Assembly (NCBI GenBank): GCA_965249555.1
Contig: OZ252243.1
Coordinates: forward strand, 1,536,001-1,600,000
Origin: Nitrosopumilus sp.
Lineage (GTDB): Archaea > Thermoproteota > Nitrososphaeria > Nitrososphaerales > Nitrosopumilaceae
DNA length: 64,000 bases
Direction of reading: 5' to 3'
The position numbers and the translations under genes were made by a program. How positions within the stretch are numbered: position 1 is the stretch's first letter; each line of letters starts with the position of its first letter. Of this stretch, positions 48,645-63,700 are shown piece after piece. The notes under the pieces are model-generated. The model did not search any database. It worked only from the letters and a program-made list of their open reading frames with translations, and had not been told where the DNA came from.

Positions 48645-48652
48645 TTTTATAA
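48645..48652 (+). promoter_or_regulatory. TATA box of giant gene 2
   Basis: GCTTTTATAA about 24 nt upstream of ATG 48676 and 13 nt from the IS right end. Confidence 0.6.
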
Positions 48653-48675
48653 CCAGAAATCATCTCTAATGTTAT

Positions 48676-48738
48676 ATGAGCAAGGTTTTATTCTCTGCGT
48701 TAATGGGGGGGAGTGGCTTGGCCTCATTTGTCATATAA
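48676..48738 (+). other. 20-codon leader ORF (MSKVLFSALMGGSGLASFVI*) containing a G7 tract
   Basis: Read directly; G run at 48705-48711. Confidence 0.75.
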
Positions 48739-48745
48739 CCCACCC

Positions 48746-51700
48746 TTGCAGGCAGTTAACATGCATTCATTTCTCTGCCTCGCATTTGCGTCGCTGCTTG
48801 CCGTATCCCTAGTCCTTGGAAGTGCCGAGGCCTTCCCAGTCATCATCACACCGTCAACTTATGTAGATGGTCAGACGGCAATTAAGCCAGGCTCTTTTAA
48901 CATTACAGTGGATGACAGCCTTCGTCTAACTGCGACCTTTGTTCCGCGGCAAGCCGGTGATTGGAGGATTACGTCTGATGTTCTTGATCATATTGTTCCT
49001 ATTGTTCCTATTGATGGCAGTGTTGCTCAATCTCAGGTGGATAGTGGTAACCCTTTAGAGGTTAACAGACAACTGAGTGTTGGTTTTTCTGGCCATATCG
49101 TTCTTTCCTTCAAACCCAGTGGGGCTAGTGAATTTGCAAAAGTTGCAAGTGGACTCGTGCTGATTCATCCTAATCCACCTGTACTCAGGGTGGCAGGTGT
49201 CACTCCAACGTCTATAACACTTGAATGGGATGATGTGGATGGTGCTATTTCATACACGGTCTGGATAGATGGAAATGATTCAGAACGTACCACTGATGCA
49301 TCAATCACTTTTGATGAATTAGATCCTGGAACAGAGTACCGTTTTATTTCCCGATCATCAGCTGGTTTACTTACTAGTGTTATCTCTGCTCCGTTGGATG
49401 TAACCACGTTGGCTGTAACTCCCTTGTCTGCAACAATAACTTATGCAGATGACCAGACGGCACTTGCCGAAAACATTTTCGCCGTTATACTGCCTTTCCC
49501 GGGAAATGAGGTAAATGTGTGGATTTCACCGCTAGAGACTGGCACACTTAGATTTGAATCTGGTAATAGTGGGAAGAATGTCCCGGTTGTTTCAGGTGAG
49601 GATCAGACTGTTACAAGGCCGCTGCTTCATGGTGATGATAATATTGTCATTTCATCAGACGGTACAGAAGTTGCAAGGATATCTATAACGACTGAGCTGG
49701 ATCCTGACGAACCAGTTTATGCAGAAGGGCAGGCGGCAATCCGGGAAGGCTCTTTACGTTATGAGCTGGCTGGAAATGGTAGCATAAATGTGCACTTTGT
49801 GCCAACAGAAGCCGGCAACTTTGTATTTAGACATGGCGGCTCTGCTGCCAGCATTTTTGTTACTAACTTGGGTGCAAAAGTAACAATCATCTTCCCCGTA
49901 GGTCATGATTATGATGATGATGTTATTGTTGAATTAGACGACGTAAAAGCTGCAAGGATGAATGTAGTGACCCCGCCTGAAGACGGCGTACCAATCCAAG
50001 CAGGCTCGTTTGTGATTACTGATACGATAAATGCAGACGCATTACGCGTGGAATTTGTACCGTTAAAGGAAGGCACATTTACGGTTACGGCAGGTGATAC
50101 AAGTGAGACAGTTGACGTCTCAGCTGGGGATGTATCGGAATCAACACCAAAAGGGACTGAAATAACAGTCGGGTATGAATTTGATGATAATGTCATCCTT
50201 TCATTTGGAGGCAAGGATGCTGCAAGGATACATGTGACGACCGGACCCACACCACTCGTACCTTCAGCGCCATCGCTTAGAATTACAGGTACCACTCATG
50301 ACACTGTAACGCTCTCATGGGATGCAGTACATCGTGCCGACACCTACACCCTGACCCGAACCCTTGGAAGCAACCCTGCTGTAACGGTGCTATCTGGAAT
50401 CGCTGACCTGACTTTTACTGATAAGAACCTGGCTGCCGAAACCGATTACACGTATTCCCTTACGGCGATAAATTCTGTCGGGCCAAGCGAACCTTCCGAG
50501 GATACTGTAACCACTGATGCTGCCCCAACTCCACCCGATACCCCGACACTTGTCGCGGGAGTAACCACCCATAATACCGTCAGCCTCTCATGGAACGAAC
50601 CGACAGATGCCGACAGATACATACTGACCAGGACTGCCGGCACGGTGATAACTGAGATACCGGTCACCGGGGGAACGCACACTGACGATGCCTTGAAATC
50701 TGGAGTACAATACACCTATTCAATAAGGGCAGTGTCTGCAATTGGAGCCAGTGCCGATTCTAATGATGTCACTGTAGATACAATCAAGGTACCTGTACTA
50801 TCTACCACGCCAACTTACATAGACGGCCAGTCTGCAATCGATGAAACTTTTGAGATTACCATAGTTGATGATAATACCATAGCAGTATCCTTTGATGCCA
50901 AAGTTGACGGGGAATATTATGTGGTATGGGGAGACTCACAGACCAGCCCTGCTAGTATAGTCGGCGGTAACAGTGCAAATGTCGAAATTATTATTGACAA
51001 CTATGACGGCGCGATCATCCTTTTCTTTGACATTGATGGGGATGTGGATGATGAAGATCAAGAGATTGGAAGTCAAGAGGTTGCAAGGCAAGTGGTACCT
51101 GCCGTGATAAGCCCGATCAAAGACGGTACCCTGTCAGTCACTGATGATGCAGACGGGATCATAACCGTATCACTTACGCCGGCATTTGCCGGCACGTTTT
51201 CTGTCAGCACCAATTCCCTAGAGTCTGAAAAAATTCCCGGCGTACCTGATACCCAGATAGATATTACCCTGGATGTCGGACATGGCTTTGCCGAGGATGT
51301 CCTTGTCTCATTCAATAATATTATAGTTGCAGGGATATTTGTAACGACCGTCCCTGATGCCCCGGCACTTGTTCTGGGGCCCGTCACCAGCACCAGCATC
51401 ACCCTCTCATGGAATTCGGTGGATAATGCCGACAGCTACACCCTGACCCGAATCGTTGCAGACGGTGATGATGTGACAGTGTTCTCAGGTGATGCACTGA
51501 CTGCCACTGATGACAACCTGAGTCCTGATGCAGAGTACAGGTATGCCATTACGGCGACAACTCCTGAGGGCAGAACAGGCGCTATATCTGCAGAGCTTGC
51601 AGTTGATATTGGCTCTGCTGTAGAATCCTTTGGCGTCATAGTGGACGGTGATGGTGCATCCGTATCCTTTACACCGCTAGTACCTGGTGATTTCACGGTT

Positions 51701-54700
51701 GGATACGGCGATGATCCAGACAATGATGTTCCAATCTCTGTCGCGCCTGGCAAGTTGTCTGCAAAACTAACCGCGATAAAGGTCGGCTATAATTTTAACG
51801 GCCCGGTCACCCTCTCCCTTGATAATGATATTATTGGCAGGATATTGATAGTCACCGAGCCTCCTCCTACCACGCTTGATGCAACGGCAGTCACCGATAC
51901 GAGCATCACCCTTGCATGGCCTTCACAGCCCGAGGTCCAGGAATACAGGCTGTACAGGAACGGCGCCCTCGTAGTTGCTACTGGCGAGCTGTCCTACACT
52001 GACACCGGACTGGATTCTAACACAGCTTACACTTATCACATCGAGTCACACAATGACGTCTCCACAACAAGTGACCGGTCTGCAGATTTGGATGTAACTA
52101 CGCTTATAGAGCCACCCAGACTTGTGGCAGGGGAGATCACCACTACAAGCGTAGAGCTTACATGGGATGCAGTAGACGGTGCTCATGACTATTTCCTGTA
52201 CCGAGATGGAGTAGATATAGCATCAGTTACTGGCACAACGCACAAGGTCACTGAACTGGCTGCCGGAACGGAATATTCCTTTACTGCCGAGTCACGTAGC
52301 ATTGATTCTGTGACAAGCCCGCTATCATCACCGCTATCCGTAAGGACCGTCCCTGACACTCCGGCACTCCGTGTTACGGGTACTACTTTTGACACTATAA
52401 CATTATCATGGGGCCCGGTAAATGGTGCCGCAAGCTATACTCTGACCCGGGTTGTCGAAGGTGATGATGTGACGGTGTTCTCAGGCGACGCACTGACTGC
52501 CACTGATGAGAACCTGAGCCCTGCAACATCCTACAATTATATAATTACGGCTACAACTTCTGGCGGGACAAGCGCTCCCTCTGCCGAGTTTGCCGCAAGT
52601 ACTGCATCGGCAGTTCCTATAATCACAACATCATCTCAAATTGTCAATACGCCATCAATCACGATTGCCGGTACAGCTGAATCTGGGAAAACAGTGGAAC
52701 TATTCCAGGGAGAAACATCAGCTGGTACGACAACTGCCGATGGAACAGGCGCCTTCTCATTTGAAGTTACGCTGGCTGATGGTGCCAACTCTTTCACTGC
52801 AACGGCATCTGATGGAACCGATACGTCTGCACCATCATCACCTGTAGTCATTACACTTGATACTGAAAAACCGTTAATCACGGTATTAGGTTCTGATGAA
52901 ACAATAGAGCTGACTGCAGCCGACACTTACGCCGAACCTGGCGCCACCGTAGAAGATAATGACCCTGCTTACTCTGAGGACGTGACAGTTGCAGGCAATA
53001 CCCCTGACACCAGCGTTATAAGAGTATACACCGTAACGTATAATGCACCAGCTGATGCGGCAGGCAACGAGCCGGACCAACAGTCAATTGTAATTACCGT
53101 ATCTGACACCACCCCTCCGACCTTTGACGTTGATACTAACACGGATGACTATTCCACACTGGTGCCGTTTGCAGGAACATACACCCAAGGTATAATTACC
53201 AATGCATTTGATATCTCAGGAATTGCATCTGGCACAGTTGGCGGCGAATCAGTAAACGTTCATGTCTCAGCAGAGTATGCCGTAACTTACACTGTAACTG
53301 ACAACAATGGACAGGCCGCAACAATCACTGAAACCGTTACGGTAGAGGATGATGAAGAAAAGCCAGTAATTACACCATTAGGATCTAGTGAGACAATCAT
53401 AGTATCTGAAACCGACACTTACACGGAACCTGGCGCCACTGTAAAAGATAATGACCCAACTTACGCTGGAACCGTAACAGTTGCAGGTGATACTCCTGAC
53501 ACCAGTGTTGTAGGGGAATACACCGTAACATATACTGCACCACCTGATGCGGCAGGCAACATACCCGATGAAAAATCAATTGTAATTTCCATAGTCGATC
53601 CCCCAACTTCCCCGCCTGCCACCATTCGAACACTCAGCGTTTCATCTACTACCCATGACAGCATCACCCTCTCGTGGGATGCAGTGGCCACTGCCGCAAG
53701 TTACACCGTGACCCGAATCGTTAATGGCGGTGCCAATGATGTTGAAGTGTTCTCAGGTGACGCATTGACTGCCACTGATGAGGGCCTGGCCCCCGAAACA
53801 ACGTACAGGTATACCATCACGGCAACAAATTCTGCCGGGTCAAGTACCTCTCTGGAGTTCTCTCTAAATACTGCTGCGATACCAGCCGCACCTGCGGCAC
53901 CCGTACTTTCTGTAACCTCTGCCACTGATACAACCGTATCATTCTCATGGGGTGCAGTGGAGGGTGCCGACAGCTACACCCTGACCCGGGTCGTTGCAGA
54001 CGGTTCTGACGTGCCGGTGCCGACAACCCCTGAACTTACTGCCACTGATGAGAACCTGGCCCCCGAAACATCTTACAATTATATAATTACGGCGACAAAT
54101 GCCGGCGGGACAACCCCTTCTGCCACGTTTGAGGCAACCACGTCTGCTCCACCTGCGCCTGCCACTCCCGTATTCAGCACTGTTGTATCTGCCACTCATA
54201 ACAGCATAAATCTCTCATGGAGTGCAGTGGCCGGTGCCGACAGCTACACGCTGACCAGGGTCGCTGAGAGCGGCAACAATGTCAGGGTGTTCTCAGGTGA
54301 CGCACTGACTTTTACCAATGCCGGACTGGATCCTGATACAGCTTACAATTATATCATTATGGCAACAAACTCTGCAGGTACAAGTGAACCATCTGACCCG
54401 TTTACTGCAACTACATCTACTGCGCCTCCAACCCTTGTTATACATGATACCCCCACACTTGTTACCGGAATAATCACCTATAATACCGTCAGCCTCTCAT
54501 GGGGTGAATCGACTGGCGCCGACAGCTATATCCTGACCAGGACTGCCGGCACAGACACAGTAGAGATACCAGTCACTGGGGGTACCACTGTATCATACAC
54601 CGATGATGACGTGAAACCCTCCACAACTTACACCTATTCCATAAAGGCAGTGTCTGCATCTGGAGACAGTGCCGATTCTAATGATGTCATCGCAACCACG

Positions 54701-57700
54701 ATTCCGGTACCCATACTGTCTACCACGCCAACTTATGCCGTCGACCAGTCTGCAATCGTTGGAACCTCTTTTGAGATTATCAGAATTGATGATGATACCA
54801 TAACAGTATCCTTTGATGCCATCAATGACGGGGAATATTATGCCCAGTGGGGAGAATCAGAGACTAGCCCCACTACCATAACAGGTGGCAACAGTGCATC
54901 TGTCCAAATTCCTATTGGCGACTATGCCGGCGTTGTCATCTTGTTCTTTGAGGATAACGAGGTTGCAAGGCAGCAGGTACCTGCCGTAACAAGCCCGATC
55001 AAAGACGGTACTCTGTCAGTCACTGATGATGCAGACGGAATCATAACCGTATCACTTACACCGGCATTTGCCGGCGCATTTTCTGTCGGCACCCATTCCC
55101 TGGATTCTGAAAAAATTCTCGGCGTACCGGATACCACGATAGTGATTACCCTGTATGTTGGCCATGGCTTTGCCGAGAATGTCTTTGTCTCATTCAATAA
55201 CATTATAGTTGCAAGGGTATTCGTAACGACTGTCCCTGAGACCCCGGCGCTTGTCCTTGGAGCCGTCACCGATACCAGCATTGCTCTTTCATGGGGTTCG
55301 GTGGATAATGCCGATAGATACACCCTGACCAGAACCGCTGATGGCACTGATGTAATAATAGTATCAGGCAACGTATTGACTTTCACTGATGAGGGTCTTG
55401 CTGCCGGAACCAATTACGTGTATGCCATTACGGCGACAACGCCTGAGGGCAGAACAAGTGCCACTTCTGCAGATCTTGCAGTGACTATCGGCTCTGCTGC
55501 GCAATCCTTTGACGTCATAGCAGACGGTGATGATGCATCCATATCCTTTACACCGCTAGTACCTGGCGATTTCACGATTGGATACGGCGATGATTCATCT
55601 AATGATATTGATGTCCCCATTGCAGCCGAGGATGTAGGTGAACCATCGACTAGCACGGTGCAAGTCGGCTATAATTTTAACGGCCCGGTCACCCTCTCCC
55701 TTGATAATGATATTATTGGCAGGATATTGATAGTCACCGAGCCTCCTCCTACCACACTTGATGCAACGGCAGTCACCGATACGAGCATCACTCTTGCATG
55801 GTCTTCACAGCTTGATGTCCATGAATATCAGCTGTACAGGAACGGCGCCCTCGTAGTTGCTACTGGCGAGCTGTCCTACACTGACACCGGACTGGCTGCT
55901 GCAACGGTTTACACTTATCACATCGAGTCGCATAATGATGTCTCCACAACAAGTGACCGATCTGCAGATTTGGATGTAACTACGCTTATAGAGCCACCCA
56001 GACTTGTGGCAGGGGAGATCACCACTACAAGCGTAGAGCTTACATGGGATGCAGTAGACGGTGCCCATGACTATTTCCTGTACCGAGATGGAGTAGATAT
56101 AGCATCAGTTACTGGCACAACGCACAAGGTCACTGAACTGGCTGCCGGAACGGAATATTCCTTTACTGCCGAGTCACGTAGCATTGATTCTGTGACAAGC
56201 CCGCTATCATCACCGCTATCCGTAAGGACCGTCCCTGACACTCCGGCACTCCGTGTTACGGGTACTACTTTTGACACTATAACATTATCATGGAGCCCGG
56301 TAAATGGTGCCGCAAGCTATACTCTGACCCGGGTTGTCGAAGGTGATGATGTGACGGTGTTCTCAGGCGACGCACTGACTGCCACTGATGAGAACCTGAG
56401 CCCTGCAACATCCTACAATTATATAATTACGGCTACAACTTCTGGCGGGACAAGCGCTCCCTCTGCCGAGTTTGCCGCAAGTACTGCATCGGCAGTTCCT
56501 ATAATCACCACATCATCTCAAATTGTCAATACGCCATCAATCACGATTGCCGGTACAACTGAATCTGGGAAAACAGTGGAACTATTCCAGGGAGAAACAT
56601 CAGCTGGTACGACAACTGCCGATGGAACAGGCAATTTTTCATTTGAAGTTACGCTGGCTGATGGTGCCAACTCTTTCACTGCAACGGCATCTGATGGAAC
56701 CGATACGTCTGCACCATCATCACCTGTAGTCATTACACTTGATACCATACCACCAATCATCACAGTTGATCCTCTTACCGTTACACTACCAGCCGGTTCA
56801 TCACAACCTGACTTGCTTGCCGGAGTCTCAACTGATGACAATTCCCCAGTCACTACAACTGGAACCGTTAATGTCAACACGCCAGGCGATTACACTATCA
56901 CTTATGATTCCACTGACGGTACAAATGCGGCTGTATCTGCAACCAGGACATACGCGGTAACTGCAATGCTTGAACCGTTTGTAACGGTTGTAAGAAATGA
57001 TGATAATTCCATCACGGTAACCTGGCGTGATATAGAAACTGACGATGGCACATATTTTGCTGTCGTTGAAAATACAAACAGTGATGAACTGGTCATGGTT
57101 GGTACGGGTCTGACCGGCAATTCCCACACTTTTTCTGATGCTAATCGTCTTGCATCACTAAATGAGGGCGATAGAATCGGGATATCTGGCAGTACTGATG
57201 GCAGCATCAATCTTGACACCCTGACATTTGTTGACACGGAAAAACCAGTAATCACGGTATTAGGATCTAGTGACACAATAGATGTATCTGAAATCAACAC
57301 TTACACTGTACCTGATGCCACTGTAACTGACAATGACCCTGCCTACTTTGAAGAAGTAGCAGTTTCTGGCGATACGCCTGACACCAGTGTTATAGGAGTA
57401 TACACCGTAACATATACTGCGCCAGCCGATGCGGCAGGCAACAAACCGGACCCACAATCAGTTGTAATTTCTGTGGTTGATCCCTCGATATCAATCGGAA
57501 TAACTTACACGGAAGGCCAGACGGCAATCGAGGAAGGCTCTTTTAGTGTTTTAGTAGATAGTGTTTTTACTGACAAAGTATTTGTACGATTTGAGCCCAA
57601 AAATAAAGGCACATACACTGCTATATTGGACGGAGTAACCAGAACTGTCCTTGTTACAGAATTCACTATAGATAACCGAGCAGACATCCCATTTGATTAT

Positions 57701-60700
57701 GAGGATTCCTATATTGGTAATATCGTCCTATCATTTGACGATAAGGAAGTTGCAAGGCAGACTGTAATGACTGGACCTGCACCTGATACTATAGCACCAC
57801 CAGTTCCTATAATTACCACATCATCTGAAACTGTCGGCTTATTCCCAATCATAATTGAAGGCGGTTCGACCGAATCCGGGGCAACCGTAGAACTATTCAA
57901 TGGAGGAACATCAGTTGGTACGACAACTGCCGATGGTTCAGGGAATTTCTCATTTACAGTAGTTGTACTGACTGAGGGTGCCAACTCTTTTACTGCAACG
58001 GCGTCTGATGGACCAAACACATCTGAAGCATCACCAGCTGTAGTCATTACACTTGATACCGAAAAGCCAGTAATCACGGTATTAGGATCCAGTGAGACAA
58101 TCAAGGTATCAGAAACCAACACTTACACAGAACGGGGCGCCACTGTGGATGATAATGACCCAGCTTACTCTGGAATAATAACAGTTACAGGCAATATCCC
58201 TGACACCCGCGTTGTAGGGAAATACACCGTAACATATACTGCGCCAGCTGATGCAGCAGGTAATGCACCGGACCAACAATCAATCATAATTACCGTAAAT
58301 GACTCTGGAGAAGATACGACACCCCCGGTAATCGCAGTAGATCCTCCTACCGTCACGCTGCCAGCTGGTTTGCCGCAACCTGACTTGACTGCCGGAGTCT
58401 CAACTGATGACAATTCCCCAGTTGTTACATCTGGAACCGTTAATACCATCAGGCCAGGCAATTACACTGTCACTTATGATTCTACAGATGCATCAGGCAA
58501 TGACGCAGTATCTGCAATCAGGACATACACGGTATCTGCTCCGGAGTACGCCCTCACCAGTGCTCCTCATGCTGACGGGGACAAGGTAATTCTAACCTTC
58601 ACATCCTCAAAGTCCGGTGATTTCACACTTGAACGCGCCGGCAGCAGTCCGGTTGACTTTGCAATTGAGGAAGGACGCACAGCGGAAACTATCACGGAAG
58701 CAGTCGGGTATGATTATGCTGGAGATATTATAATCTCAATTAGATACGGTGCCGAGGTTGCAAGGGTATCTGTAACGACAGGACCTGCGCTAATTGTGAC
58801 TGCGGTAAGAAGTCCGGACAATGCCGTCACCCTGACCTGGAGTAACATACTTGGGGCAGATTATGCCATTTATGTGGTTGAAGGCGGCGTGAATGTCAAA
58901 TTTACCGACTCTGCCAGCCCGTATCATATTACCATTCCTGAGGAACTTGCCCGGGTGGATGACAGTGAGGGCAATCAGATTGGCGTGGCCGGCATCACTG
59001 ATGGTGTATCTGGCGAGATAACATTTACAACAGTACCGCCCAAGACTCCCGCACTTGATTTCACGTCCACTGGTACAGGCATAACGCTCTCATGGGATGC
59101 AGTGAACGGTGCCGACAGCTACACCGTGACCCGGGTCACTGAGAGCGGCAATGCTGATGTGCCAATAACCGGACTGACTGCCACTGATGAGAGCTTGACT
59201 GCTGGAACAGAGTACAGGTATACCATTACGTCAACGTCCGGGGAACTGACAAGTCATCCTTCTGCCCAGTTTGCCGCAACCACTCTTGCTGCGCCTCAAA
59301 CAGTGCCAACTTACGCCCCTGACCAGACGGCAATCAAGGCAGGCTCTTTCAAGGTTGAGATCAGTCCCACTGCTACATTAGTAACATTTCTTCCCCTCAT
59401 GCCAGGCGATTACACTGTCACGTTGACTGACTTGCCGCCCAAAACTAGAACCTTTACGTCAGGTGATACGGGTGAAATACTATCTTATGTATTTAATCTT
59501 GAGAATCATCTTACTGGCGATATTGCCTTGTCATTTGACGGTGTCAATGTCGTAACGCATACCGTAACGATTGGCCCGCCCACACTTGGGACAGGAGACA
59601 TCACTGATACGAGCATTCGGATTGAATGGGATTCGGTGAATGATAACGCGGATTATGCCCTGTTCAGAATTGCTGACGACAATTTTGGTATAGAACTGGA
59701 AACAACCGCTAAATTGACTGCCACTGATAAGAACCTGGCTGCCGATACAGGGTACACCTATGCCGTTAGGGCAGCAGTTGGGGCAACAAGTGTTCTTTCT
59801 GACAGGTTTGATGCAAGGACTGCCGTAATACCTGATGACACACCGCCAGTAATCACTGCAAATCCCCGTACCGTCACGCTGCCTGCCGGTTCGCCGCAGC
59901 CTGACCTGCTTGCCGGAGTCACGACTGATGACGGTTCCCCAGTCACTGCATCCGGAGCTGTCAATACCGACACGCCCCGCAATTACGTTATCATTTATGA
60001 TTCTGCAGATGCATCAGGCAATGCAGCAGACCCCGTAACTAGAATATACGCGGTAACTATAGTACTCGAACCGTTTGTAACAGTCGTAAGAAATGATGAT
60101 AATTCCATCACGGTAATTTGGCGTGATATAGAAACTAGCGATGGTACATATTCTGTCGTTTTTAAAAATCCAAACAGTAGTCTGGCGTTCCTGATTAGGA
60201 CTGGTCTGACCGGCAATTCCCATACTTTTTCTGATGCTGCCAGTATTGCATCACTAAATAAGGCCGATAGGATCGGAGTATCTGATGGTGCTGGTGGCAG
60301 CATCAATTTTGACACCCTGACATATACTGATGCAGAAAAACCGGTAATCACGGTATTGGGATCTACTCAAACAATAGATCTGACTGCAACTGACACTTAT
60401 GCCGAACCTGGCGCCACTGTGGATGATAATGACCCGGATTACTCTGAGGAAGTGACAGTTACAGGCGATACCCCTGACACCAGCGTTATAGGGGAATATA
60501 CCGTATTGTATAATGCGCCAGCTGATGTGGCAGGCAACATACCGGATGAAAAATCAATCGTAATTACCATATCTGATATCACCCCGCCAACCTTTGACGT
60601 TGACGGCAACACGGATGACTATTCCACTAGAATACCGTTTGGCGGAACATACGCCCCGGGTAAAATTGCCAATAAATCTGACATCTCAGGAATTGCATCT

Positions 60701-63700
60701 GGCACAGTTGGCGGCAAATCAGTAAACGTTCATGTCTCAGCAGAGTATGCCGTAACTTACACTGTAACTGACAACAATGGACAGGCTGCAACAATCACTG
60801 AAACCGTTACGGTAGGCAATGATGAAGAAAAGCCAGTAATCACGGTATTAGGATCCAGTGAGACAATCGCAGTATCTGAAACCAACACTTACACGGAACC
60901 TGGCGCCACCGTAACTGACAATGACCCGGCTTACTCTGGAATAGTAACGGTTACGGGCAATGCACCTGACACCCGTGTTATAGGGGAATATACCGTATTG
61001 TATAATGCGCCAGCTGATGCGGCAGGCAACATACCGGAACAAAAATCAATCATAATTACTGTAAATGACTCTGGAGAAGATACGACACCCCCAGTAATCG
61101 CAGTAGATCCTCCTACCGTTATACTGCAAGCTGGCTCAGCACAACCTGTTCTCTTAGAAGGAGTCACAACTAATGATAATTTTCCAGTTACTACATCTGG
61201 AAATGTTGATATCGACACACCAGACGATTACATTATCACTTATGATTCTACAGATGCATCAGGCAATGACGCAGTATCTGCAATCAGGACATACACGGTA
61301 TCTGCCCCTGTGGAAACCATCACCGGTGTACCTACTTACGCAGCTGGCCAGACGGCAATCGAGGCAGGCTCTTTCAAGGTTGAAATCCGTCCCACTTTTA
61401 CATTGGTAACCTTTAATCCCCTCGTGTCAGGCGATTACACTGTCACGTTGGCCGACTTGCCGCCCCAAACCAAATCTTTTTCGTCAGATGATGCGGGCAA
61501 AATACTAGATTACGTATTTAATCTTGAGAGTCATTTTGCTGGCGATATCGCCTTGTCATTTGACGGTGCCAATGTCGTAACGCATACCGTAACGACTGGC
61601 CCGCCTGCACTTAGAGTGGGAACAGTCACTGATACGAGCATTCGGATTGAATGGGATTCGGTGGATGATGACGCGGATTATACCATGCTAAGGATTACTG
61701 ACGACAATCTTGGTATAAGACTGGCAACAACCGCTAAATTGACTGCCACTGATGAGCACCTGACTGCCGATACAGAGTACACCTATGCCGTTAGAGCGAC
61801 AGTTGGGGCAACAAGTGTTCTTTCTGACAGGTTTGATGCGAGGACTGATGTACCACCTGATATAGAAAAACCGGTAATCACGGTATTAGGATCCAGTGAG
61901 ATAATTAAGGTATCTGAAACCAACACTTACGTTGAACTTGGCGCCACCGTAACTGACAATGACCCAGCTTACACTGGAATAGTAACAGTCTCCGGTGATC
62001 CTAACACTAGTGTTGCAGGAGAATACACCGTAACATATACTGCACCATCTGATGCGGCAGGTAACATACCAGAACAAAAATCAATTGTAATTACAGTTAG
62101 AGATACCATAGCACCAGCAGTTCCTGCAATTAATCCATTACCTGCAACTGTCAATACACCATCATTCACGATTGAAGGTACGGCTGAGGCCGGGACAACT
62201 ATAACACTATTCAATGGAGCAACACCAGCTGGTACAGTAATTGCCGATGGTTCAGGTAGTTTCTCATTTGCAGGAGTTGAACTGTCTGAAGGTGCCAACT
62301 CATTCACTGCAACAGCATCTGATGGAGTCAACACGTCTGGTCCATCACCAGCTATAGTCATTACGCTTGATACTGAAACACCACCAGTTCCTGCAATTAC
62401 CACGCCATCTGAAACTGTTTCCTCATCATCATTCACGATTGAAGGTACGGCTGAGGCCGGGACAACTGTAGAACTATTCAATGAAGGATCAACAGTTGAT
62501 ACAATAACTGCTGATGGTGACGGGAATTTCTCATTTGCAGGAGTTGCACTAAATCCAGGTGCCAACACATTCACTGTAACAGCGTCTGATGGACCAAACA
62601 CATCTGACGCATCATCACCTGTAGTCATTACGCTTGATACTGAAACACCAGCAGTTCCTATAATCACCACCTCACCTGCAACTGTCAATACACCATCATT
62701 CACGATTGAAGGTACGGCTGAGGCTGGGACAACTGTAGAACTATTCAAGGGAGTGACACCAGCTGGTACGACAACTGCCGATTCAGGTAGTTTCTCATTT
62801 ACAGTTACACTGACTAAGGGTGAGAACTCATTTACTGTAACAGCGTCTGACGGACCAAACACATCTGACGCATCATCACCTGTAGTCATTACGCTTGATA
62901 CTGAAAAACCGGTAATCACGGTATTAGGATCTACCCAAAGAATTGAGTTAACTGCAACCAACACTTACACAGAACCTGGAGCTACTGTAAAAGATAATGA
63001 CCCAGCTTATTCTGAAGAAGTAACAGTCTCTGGTACGCCTGACACTAGTGTTGCAGGGAAATACACCGTAACATATACTGCACCGGCTGATGCAGCAGGT
63101 AACACACCAGATGAAAAATCAATTGTAATTACTGTATCTGACACAACACCGCCAACCTTTGATGTTGATGGTAACACAGTTGACTATGCAACTGCAGTAC
63201 CATTTGGCGGACCATACACCCCAGGTGTAATTACCAATCAATCTGATATCTCGGGAACTGCACCTGGTATAGTTGGCGGTGACTCGATAAATGTCAACAC
63301 TTCTGGAGAATATGTTGTAACTTACACTGTAACTGACAACAATGGATTATTTACTACCATCACTGAAACTGTAACAGTAGAATCTGATGTTACAGCACCA
63401 GCAGTTCCTGCAATTACCACATCACCTGCAACTGTTGGCGCATCACCAATCACAATTGATGGCGGTTCAACTGAAGCCGGAGCAACTATAGAACTATTCA
63501 ATGGAGCAACATCAGCTGGTACAGTAATTGCCGATGGTTCAGGGAATTTCTCATTTCCAAGAACTGTACTGTCTGAAGGTGCCAACTCATTCACTGCAAC
63601 AGCGTCTGATGGACCAAACACATCTGACGCATCATCACCTGTAGTCATTACACTTGATACCATACCGCCGGAAGCTCCTGCAATCACCACCTCACCTGCA

